The notes under the pieces: model-generated
What the model was told of the DNA's origin: nothing
Database searches by the model: none
What the model saw: only the letters and a program-made list of their open reading frames with translations
Shown: piece by piece, positions 56,860-64,000 of the stretch
How positions within the stretch are numbered: position 1 is the stretch's first letter
Layout of the letters: each line of letters opens with the position of its first letter
Made by a program: the position numbers and the translations under genes
Source of the DNA: Nitrososphaeria archaeon
GTDB lineage: Archaea > Thermoproteota > Nitrososphaeria > Nitrososphaerales > JAAOZN01
DNA: 64,000 nt
Assembly (NCBI GenBank): GCA_029775855.1
Contig: JARVJZ010000002.1
Location: forward strand, 224,001 to 288,000
Direction of reading: 5' to 3'

Positions 56860-57114
56860 ATGGTTGAAGACAGATTAGAGCGTGAGGACAAACCCCTTCT
56901 CTACATGCATAATCTTGGCATAGTTAATGTTAAGCGTGCCAAGAAGATCGAAGAATTGGCCTCCATACTATCTATAGGAATAGAAGAGTTAAAGAGGCTG
57001 CTCGGGCACAACGAAGCTCAAGGTTACATCGAAAGCACTGTGGTTGAAAATGGGGAGAAAGCCTACTATTTGAGCCCAAAGGGTATAGTAAAAGTCTGCT
57101 CTTGTTTTAGCTAA
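56860..57114 (+). CDS. Small winged-helix-like protein
   Basis: IEELASIL...LKRLL...QGYIES...YYLSPKG. Confidence 0.6.
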   Translation: MVEDRLEREDKPLLYMHNLGIVNVKRAKKIEELASILSIGIEELKRLLGHNEAQGYIESTVVENGEKAYYLSPKGIVKVCSCFS

Positions 57115-57135
57115 TGCTTCATAGCGTCAGTTAGG

Positions 57136-57741
57136 ATGGTTCTATTGAAGGTGTTGATCTTAAGCTGGGAATACCCTCCTCACATCGTGGGTGAGATGGC
57201 TTGGCACGTGCGTGAATTGGCAAGGCGTCTTAAAGCAAAAGGTTTAGATGTTTATGTAGCAACATACTCATCTTCGAACGAGCGTGTAGATGTTGATGAA
57301 GGTGTTGTTGTATCACGGGTCAAACCTCCTATTAGCGTTACATCAAATATTGTTGTATGGTCTTTGCTTTTCACTTCAAAACTGCAAGCCGCGGCTGCTG
57401 AGATGATCTATAAAAATGGTCCTTTTGATATAGTTGATGCGCATGAATGGATTACCGTTGACGCGGCATTAGCTCTTAAAGACCGTTTTGAAATACCCTT
57501 CGTCTACACTCTCCACAGTTTAGAGAAGCATCGTTCTGCAAACTCATCTACACCACTCAATATAGCTATCGAAGGTATAGAGGAGTTGGGGTGTAGAGAA
57601 GCAAAGTGTATAATAGTTAACTCCGAGTGGATGAGAAAAGAAGTAGTCACTAAGATTAGTGGAGTAGAAGAAAAGATAAATGTGGCTCAACCTTACACAG
57701 AAAGTTGGATAGATAAAGTTTTAGAGTCCTACCAGCGGTGA
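57136..57741 (+). CDS. GT4 glycosyltransferase N-terminal (acceptor) domain only
   Basis: LSWEYPPHIVG, DAHEW and TLHSLE match the N-terminal half of the next gene; no EPFG/EAMA motif. Confidence 0.8.
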   Translation: MVLLKVLILSWEYPPHIVGEMAWHVRELARRLKAKGLDVYVATYSSSNERVDVDEGVVVSRVKPPISVTSNIVVWSLLFTSKLQAAAAEMIYKNGPFDIVDAHEWITVDAALALKDRFEIPFVYTLHSLEKHRSANSSTPLNIAIEGIEELGCREAKCIIVNSEWMRKEVVTKISGVEEKINVAQPYTESWIDKVLESYQR

Positions 57742-57751
57742 ACGAAACCCT

Positions 57752-58927
57752 TTGGATATAAGTGTTATTATGCTGACTTGGGAGTTTCCACCTAGAATCA
57801 TAGGTGGTATAGCACCGCACGTCTATAACCTGTCCACACAATTAGTCAAGCTTGGTGTAGATGTGCAAGTTGTGACTTGTGACTTCCCTAACACGCCTGA
57901 GTATGAGGTCGTTGAAGGTGTTGCTGTGCACAGATTCGATTCATATAAGCATCCAACGCCAGACTTCGCTGCTTGGATTCAATTGATGAATCTGAATATG
58001 CAAAGAGCTGCTACGCAAATAATCAAGGCAAAAAAAGGTAGAGCAATAATACTGCATGCACATGACTGGCTAACCGCGAAGGCTGGTATAGGTTTAAAAC
58101 ATCTAAATAGGCTGCCGCTCGTCACAACAATCCACGCTACTGAATATGGGCGTAGAGGTGGAGTATTTACAGAATATAATCAGATGATCCATGAGATCGA
58201 AGTTTGGCTTGGCCACGAGTCTAAGAAGGTTATATGTTGCAGCCGCTTTATGGCTGAGCAAGTAAATAAAGTTCTTGGGGTACCTTATGAGAAGATACAA
58301 GTTATACCTAATGGAATAGATCCAAAGATCTTTTCGGGGTTAAAAGATGTGGATGCGGTGCGAAGTAGGTTTGTCGACAAAAATGGAGTTCTTATTCTTT
58401 TTGTCGGTAGGTTGGTTGTGGAGAAAGGTGTGCGTGTTCTTTTAGATGCTATCCCTAAAGTGCTTCGAAAGGTTGATGCGCGCTTTGTTATAGCTGGAGA
58501 CGGCTACATGAAGAATGAAGTTCTAAGCCGAATTTCGCAAGATGGGCTTAAGGATAAGGTTGCTGTCACAGGATATCTCGACACTGAGATGATAAGAAAA
58601 CTTTTTTTGGCTGCTGATGTATGCGTAGTACCATCCATCTACGAACCGTTTGGAATAGTTGCGTTAGAAGCTATGGCAGCAGGCTGCCCAGTAGTTGCAT
58701 CAGACACAGGTGGGCTTTCAGAGATCATAGAGCACGAGAAGACAGGCATTAAAGTCTACCCTAACAACGCTGATTCTCTTGCTTGGGGGATTTTAAGGGT
58801 GCTGGAGTCAAAAGAGCTTGTTGAGCAGATTCGGAAAAATATGCGTGAGAAGGTTGAACGTGAATATAAGTGGAGTGCTATCGCTGAAGCAACAAAAAAT
58901 GTTTACGAGAAGGTCGTTGCTAATTAA
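57752..58927 (+). CDS. GT4 family glycosyltransferase
   Basis: WEFPPRIIGG, HAHDW, FVGRLVVEKG and YEPFGIVALEAMAAG motifs. Confidence 0.94.
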   Translation: MDISVIMLTWEFPPRIIGGIAPHVYNLSTQLVKLGVDVQVVTCDFPNTPEYEVVEGVAVHRFDSYKHPTPDFAAWIQLMNLNMQRAATQIIKAKKGRAIILHAHDWLTAKAGIGLKHLNRLPLVTTIHATEYGRRGGVFTEYNQMIHEIEVWLGHESKKVICCSRFMAEQVNKVLGVPYEKIQVIPNGIDPKIFSGLKDVDAVRSRFVDKNGVLILFVGRLVVEKGVRVLLDAIPKVLRKVDARFVIAGDGYMKNEVLSRISQDGLKDKVAVTGYLDTEMIRKLFLAADVCVVPSIYEPFGIVALEAMAAGCPVVASDTGGLSEIIEHEKTGIKVYPNNADSLAWGILRVLESKELVEQIRKNMREKVEREYKWSAIAEATKNVYEKVVAN

Positions 58928-60225
58928 AGGTAGTCTTTCATGCTCTTCTGATGCAAAGCTTCTCTTAGGATTACACTATGCTCTATCCAAGACCGTAAAG
59001 GCACATTAAGTAGACCTTTAACAAACTTCAACACATCGTCTAACGTATCAAATATCAGCGGCTTGCTCTTGAAGGCTGCGCGAACGCTTTCCCTAACATT
59101 CCAAACACCAACAGGAAGTATGTACTCTGGATATATCTCGCGTAAAACGAGCGCTGTTGCTTGACGCCCATATCTGTTAAGAGCCTCAGCAACCGCTAGT
59201 CGTGTAGAATAGTAGCATCCACCTATAGCGGGGTAAGTCTTACGACCCCAGTATCCTTCATAATCGCCCATCAATGCAGGCTTAGATGAAGCCCCTTCAG
59301 GGTTCCAAGGTGTGCCTGGGAACCAAGCTTCTATCCACTCGAAGCTCCAAGTTTTTGGCATTAGTACGGCTATGTAGAGGTTTCCTATGTTCTTAAGGTA
59401 GTAGACTAAGTATTTATCCACTGTAGGTTTGTTTCTTACCTCTTTTACGAGTAATTCTGAAATTATGCTGTCTACTGCTGTTATGCTCCACCTTGTTGGA
59501 ACAAGCCTCCGTCTTTTTCCTTCTCCGAACATTCCTAAGCTGAAGGCGCGCTGTATTCTTGTAACCATAACTCCTTTCCTATATAGGTCAGCTACAGCTT
59601 CTGCAGCCTTCAGATCTTTATCGTAATACGCCTTCTCTATTCTTTTATCAACACTACTATCTGCTGCCTTGAACGATCTTAAGGGTGCTGATGGGCCGAA
59701 GGGTTGAGTTATATCTGATAAGATGAGCATCTTTGTAGGCTTCTTTTCAAAGACCGCTTCTGCATCTACCGATCTTGTGCTTAACGCTAACTCTTGTAGT
59801 GTATCTAGAAGTCTATGCCCAGTTGAAGCGGCTTTAACATCAACTCTACTTTTGCCTCTAATAAGATTGTATCTGAAACTTACTATCTCTTCTATTCCTC
59901 TACCCAGCCACCACTCGGGTGTATCTAAAAGAACGGTATCACCGTAAAAATGGGGTATAAGAGGGCCGACATACACTTTTGGGTAGCCTAAGCGTCCTAC
60001 GAAAGCTGCTGGGGGTGTTGAACCAGCAAGTTGTTCACGGTCTATCTCACCTTTAATTTTAACTAAAGCTTCGGCTTTTAATAAGATGGGGCATCGTGCT
60101 TTACCGCAGAGCATCTTAGCTCCTCTACATGCTAAGCATAGGGTGGGGTAGACTCTGCCTGAAACCCTTATGCCTTCTCCAAGCGCTTCAACTATACTGT
60201 GTGGTAAAATATCTTCTATCCCCAC
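58924..60225 (-). CDS. nreA: Archaeal DNA repair protein Nre (DUF650/DUF651)
   Basis: CLACRGAKMLCGKARCP, RRLVPTRWSITAVD, GVWNVRE and C-terminal PIP box QKSMKDYL. Confidence 0.92.
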   Translation of the reverse strand: MGIEDILPHSIVEALGEGIRVSGRVYPTLCLACRGAKMLCGKARCPILLKAEALVKIKGEIDREQLAGSTPPAAFVGRLGYPKVYVGPLIPHFYGDTVLLDTPEWWLGRGIEEIVSFRYNLIRGKSRVDVKAASTGHRLLDTLQELALSTRSVDAEAVFEKKPTKMLILSDITQPFGPSAPLRSFKAADSSVDKRIEKAYYDKDLKAAEAVADLYRKGVMVTRIQRAFSLGMFGEGKRRRLVPTRWSITAVDSIISELLVKEVRNKPTVDKYLVYYLKNIGNLYIAVLMPKTWSFEWIEAWFPGTPWNPEGASSKPALMGDYEGYWGRKTYPAIGGCYYSTRLAVAEALNRYGRQATALVLREIYPEYILPVGVWNVRESVRAAFKSKPLIFDTLDDVLKFVKGLLNVPLRSWIEHSVILREALHQKSMKDYL

Positions 60226-60277
60226 CCTTTGAGCACCATCGTTTACTATAGTGTTCTGGCTCTTGATTAACCTAACT

Positions 60278-61363
60278 TTAGATGGTTAGTGTTAGCGATA
60301 TTTCATCGATGTTTTTAGCCGCTTTGCTTCTCTTATTTTTAGAGAGTTTTAACATTAGTTCGTAAGCTGATTTAAACTCTTGTAGAGGTTTAGCTTCAAT
60401 AACTTTATCTGCAAGCATCCCTTCAATTGCTTCTTCACCTAATTTGCTCCTTATCAGAACAGCGGACCAACCATCTAACCCCACTCCTCCAGCAGAAACA
60501 TCTGCATCTACGGCTGTGAAGTCGTCACAGAATTCACAAGCCTTTCTTACATAACTCTTCACATCCTTTAGTGGTATTTCATGCTGCCGTCCGTCTTTCA
60601 GATAGATGAAGAACTTTCCTTTAATGTTAGTTTTAGCTATCTGCTCTAAAGGTATCTTCATCTCCCCCTCAATTTTTTGCTTCATTAACCCAACATAGTC
60701 AAAGCTCTCGCTGCAAAACAGCCCAATTGAAATCTTAATGCGTTCAAAAGGTTTAATGTTATTTCGCTGAGCCTTTTTAAGTGAATGAATCTGACACGGA
60801 ACACCTACAAACGCAATCTTACCTGAAGAGTAAGGTGCTAACTTAGGTATTTCATCTAATAAAGAAAGTATGTTTGGTGAATAAGTGTATCTTGTCCCAG
60901 CTGACGAAAGTATTTCTTCAGCGGTCTTTGCTAAGCGTGGTTCAGCTAGCTGAGGCTGTTCGCCTACACCAGAAAGTAGGGCAGCGTCTATCATGCCATT
61001 TTCGTAAGCCCAAAGGAGAAGTGTGGTCACAAACCCTCCGTCTTGGCATACTCGGCGCACATCCTCTCTCGTCGTTCTCACAGCGTAAGCAGCCCTAACC
61101 TCACCTACACCTTCAACTGCCTCACGGCTGATAAACCCAAGCTTCTCCATAAGTATATCAGCTCTAGCGCACGAATGTAGACAGATTCCGCAATCTATAC
61201 ATCTGGATTCTTCTCTTAGAGGTTTGCCAGCATAATCTAAACAATCCCTACTGTTAACTTTACAAGCCACTATACAAGTGCCACACTTTGAGCATAATTC
61301 TGTAGCAACAACCTTATCTAATATATTAGTATATTTTAAACCCTTCAACCATCTAAGGCTCAT
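60278..61363 (-). CDS. Coenzyme F420 hydrogenase/dehydrogenase beta-subunit family (FrhB/FpoF-like) with N-terminal ferredoxin
   Basis: CSKCGTCIVAC, CIDCGICLHSC, QDGGFVT, GTRY, GVPCQ, GLFC and CEFCDDF motifs. Confidence 0.9.
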   Translation of the reverse strand: MSLRWLKGLKYTNILDKVVATELCSKCGTCIVACKVNSRDCLDYAGKPLREESRCIDCGICLHSCARADILMEKLGFISREAVEGVGEVRAAYAVRTTREDVRRVCQDGGFVTTLLLWAYENGMIDAALLSGVGEQPQLAEPRLAKTAEEILSSAGTRYTYSPNILSLLDEIPKLAPYSSGKIAFVGVPCQIHSLKKAQRNNIKPFERIKISIGLFCSESFDYVGLMKQKIEGEMKIPLEQIAKTNIKGKFFIYLKDGRQHEIPLKDVKSYVRKACEFCDDFTAVDADVSAGGVGLDGWSAVLIRSKLGEEAIEGMLADKVIEAKPLQEFKSAYELMLKLSKNKRSKAAKNIDEISLTLTI

Positions 61364-61399
61364 TCTGCGATTAATCCTAACATAACTTAAATTTAAAGT

Positions 61400-61825
61400 C
61401 TAATGTTTATAGCCAAATAAGTAGAATTCGATTGCTAAAGCGATTAGCAGCCCCATCGCACCAGCAAATAAGTAAAAGTTTGTTAAACGCCTACTTGAGA
61501 GAAATCTGCTTCCACGGTAAATAAAGTAGATACTTGCTGTCCCAAGAATTAGGGTGAAGATGTTTATTATCGTCTCCCCTATGCTTTGAACGGTTGAAGA
61601 TACAAAGATAATAGCTTGAGGGGCTCTAATTCTCAAGCCTTCAAGTGCGGCATTCACGCTTCCGCCTAAAAGGATGAGAAGCGCTAGTAGATATAATCCT
61701 TCTATTAGCTTATTGAAAGATGGTGTGAGTAGGCTTTTTACTCTTCTTATTATTCGGCTTCTCTCTAATCTTTTGATTATGCTAAAAGATAGGTTGTCAA
61801 GAGTCCTCTTTAACACCATTATCAA
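61400..61825 (-). CDS. Three-TM membrane protein, possibly OST3/OST6/DC2-like
   Basis: LILLGG...Q-SIG-E...G...IY...RG...LFAG...YK pattern. Confidence 0.55.
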   Translation of the reverse strand: MIMVLKRTLDNLSFSIIKRLERSRIIRRVKSLLTPSFNKLIEGLYLLALLILLGGSVNAALEGLRIRAPQAIIFVSSTVQSIGETIINIFTLILGTASIYFIYRGSRFLSSRRLTNFYLFAGAMGLLIALAIEFYLFGYKH

Positions 61826-62049
61826 CTCCTCTCCTTTATGCGCTTAAGCTCCATCTTTGCAACCTCTTTAATCCATTCTCCACATTCGGGCAACTCCAGT
61901 AGTCTCTCCAAATACTTCACTTCACTTATGTTGTCGTACGCCCTACACCAACGCTGATACCCTTCTTTAAGGCTTCTGTATGCTTCATCGTGGTAAAAGC
62001 AGAGACCGTATTTAGATTTGCTTTCTCTCCAGCAGAGTAGACACTTCAA
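61822..62049 (-). CDS. Small Cys/His protein coupled to topA
   Basis: CLLC...CFYH...W...Y...GEWIKEV; 4-bp overlaps with both neighbours. Confidence 0.7.
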   Translation of the reverse strand: MKCLLCWRESKSKYGLCFYHDEAYRSLKEGYQRWCRAYDNISEVKYLERLLELPECGEWIKEVAKMELKRIKERS

Positions 62050-64000
62050 AGCTTACCCTCCTCCTTCTTAGTAGGGCAGCTTGGGTTTACGCAAATCCTC
62101 CAAGGATATCTAGTTAGTATGACAGCCACCATAGGCCAACCACATAACTTACATCTTCTATTAAGGCTTTTTATCCTACCCTTTTGCGGCAGCGGCGCCG
62201 AGGTTCTGCAGCCTCCATCATAATTTGTGCAACCCACAAACCGTTTCCCGCTCTTCTTAGAGCGTATGATCTTAAGATAACCCTCCTTACATACTGGGCA
62301 TTCTCCTATGATGTCTGCTGCAGCCAAGCTGGCTCGTGTTGCTTCCCTAACTTTTGAACTGAGCTCCTCTTCAGCCACTTTAAGTTCTTGTAGTGAAGTA
62401 AGTAAATGTGTTGCCGCCTTCTCTATGACATCTGAAACACTTAACACACCTCTTTCAATGCTCTCTAATGCTCTTTCGACTTCTCTCGTCATTTCTGTTG
62501 AAATTATGCTTGGGCTGTATTCTTTCATAACTTCGATTACAGAGAAGGCTATGTCTGTCGCCCTTATGCTGCTGCCAACAATATACCCTCTTTGGTAAAG
62601 AGTGTCGATGATTTCAGCCCTCGTCGCTTTAGTGCCGATTCCTTCCTTCTCCATTTTAGCTAGAAGGCTGCTCTGGTTATATCGTGGCGGGGGCTGCTCA
62701 AACCGCTCAGCAACATCAAGCGAAATAACTTTAAGCCGATTCCCCTCCTCTAAGAGTGGAAGCGGATTATCCTCAGCACTAACATAACTTCTGTAGTATT
62801 TCATCCAACCCTCTTCTATCGTCCTCCGCCCACTTACTCTAAAAAGGTAGGAGCCTATCTCTACATCAGCAGATACTCTCTCTCTTACAGCATATTCACC
62901 AAAGACCGCTAAGAACCTCCTAACTATAAGATCATACAATCTACTCTGCCTATCATCCAAACCTTGAGGCAGTTCTCCTGTGGGATATATAGCTGGATGC
63001 GCTGGGTCATCCTCTTCTCCTTCAAACGGCTTAAGAGGTTTAGTAAGCAAATCGTTAACATCAACCCTATACTGCTCTAGCTTCTGCAGACCACTGAAGA
63101 TCTTATGATACCCTATAGAAGGTGGGAGCTTTTGACTCGAAGTGCGGGGATAAGAGATGAGTGCTTTCAAATATAGGCTCTCAGCAACCCTAAGAGTTAA
63201 AGAAGGTGAAAAACCAAACACTCTGTAAGCTTCATGCTGTAGATCTCCTAAGTTAAAAGGTGTGGGTGGATGCTGGCGTATAATCTGCTTACTAACCTTT
63301 TTAACTACCCCCTCCTTCCCTCTACAGCCAGCTTCAATAGCTTGAGCTTCAGCCAGCCGCTCAACCTTATCAACAACATACAGAGCTTTAAACATAAAAC
63401 CATCCTTTTCCAACAACGCACTTACACTCCAAAACGGCGTTGGAACAAACCACCTAATCTCACATTCCCTCTCCACAACAAACGCCAATGTAGGCCCCTG
63501 AACCCTACCTACGCTGAGTGTGCGATAGCCGCCTTTAGACGAATAGGCTTGAGTAAGGGCTCGGGTAAGATTCACACCCCAAAGAAAATCCACAACATGC
63601 CTAGCTCTACCAGCCTCGGCCAACCTATTTATAGAGTTAGGGGACATCTTAGCAAAAGCTTCTCTCAACTCCTCTAAGGTTAAGGTTGAAAACTTCGCCC
63701 TTAGAGCTACAGACTCTTTTCCACCACAAACATACCTCAAAATATTATATCCTATAGTTTCACCTTCTATATCATAATCACAAGCATTAACAAACCCTTT
63801 TGCGCCTTTAGACAAACTACTAATCACTTTAATCAAATTACCAACACGCCTCTTCCCCTTATCAACCAAATTCAAAGGATACCAGCTTACATCAAACACA
63901 GGATAGCTGCTCTTCTTCTCCGCAACATCCCAAACAGTATAAAGATGACCTAACGCTGCGCAAACCACATACCTACCCCTCTCTCCACTAACCTTATACA
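62046..64000 (-). CDS. topA: DNA topoisomerase I (type IA), 5' end beyond the window
   Basis: GHL, ACDYDIEGE, SVGRVQGP, ISYPRT (catalytic Tyr), GIGTKATR and C-terminal Zn ribbons; the frame stays open to position 64000. Confidence 0.96.
   Translation of the reverse strand, partial: YKVSGERGRYVVCAALGHLYTVWDVAEKKSSYPVFDVSWYPLNLVDKGKRRVGNLIKVISSLSKGAKGFVNACDYDIEGETIGYNILRYVCGGKESVALRAKFSTLTLEELREAFAKMSPNSINRLAEAGRARHVVDFLWGVNLTRALTQAYSSKGGYRTLSVGRVQGPTLAFVVERECEIRWFVPTPFWSVSALLEKDGFMFKALYVVDKVERLAEAQAIEAGCRGKEGVVKKVSKQIIRQHPPTPFNLGDLQHEAYRVFGFSPSLTLRVAESLYLKALISYPRTSSQKLPPSIGYHKIFSGLQKLEQYRVDVNDLLTKPLKPFEGEEDDPAHPAIYPTGELPQGLDDRQSRLYDLIVRRFLAVFGEYAVRERVSADVEIGSYLFRVSGRRTIEEGWMKYYRSYVSAEDNPLPLLEEGNRLKVISLDVAERFEQPPPRYNQSSLLAKMEKEGIGTKATRAEIIDTLYQRGYIVGSSIRATDIAFSVIEVMKEYSPSIISTEMTREVERALESIERGVLSVSDVIEKAATHLLTSLQELKVAEEELSSKVREATRASLAAADIIGECPVCKEGYLKIIRSKKSGKRFVGCTNYDGGCRTSAPLPQKGRIKSLNRRCKLCGWPMVAVILTRYPWRICVNPSCPTKKEEGKL

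Noticed and set aside
783-63677. Numerous short antisense or nested ORFs in the track (e.g. 783-1028, 1751-2041, 28604-29194, 28712-28981, 54849-55271, 63270-63677)
   Set aside because: They lie within well-supported genes and show no motifs of their own.

Overview
Archaeal chromosomal window, about 40% GC by eye, gene-dense, with many GTG/TTG starts. The marker set (PolD DP1 and DP2, Elf1, Alba, Cdc6/Orc1, GGGPS, Sec61-beta, DnaK-DnaJ-GrpE, topoisomerase IA) fits a TACK archaeon, most plausibly a deep-branching Nitrososphaeria/Thaumarchaeota-Aigarchaeota relative; this is inference. The left two-thirds hold chaperones and anaerobic peptide/aldehyde catabolism: IOR, a tungsten AOR, an HdrB-like module, incomplete Dpp and Liv ABC transporters, a split glutamate synthase, a Cys-less thiolase with DUF35, and tRNA-Thr(GGT). 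The right third contains the probable replication origin, with ORB elements at 48465-48790 directly upstream of cdc6/orc1, flanked by polD genes. The most striking unexplained signal lies next to the origin. The 12-bp palindrome TGTGATATCACA occurs four times perfectly, plus degenerate copies, within about 1.9 kb (45785-47696), largely inside coding sequence. It surrounds three uncharacterised genes, one encoding a membrane-anchor/coiled-coil/winged-helix protein. This is a candidate undescribed origin-tethering or centromere-like system. No CRISPR array, transposase, integrase or rRNA was seen. All calls come from reading motifs by eye, without database searches.
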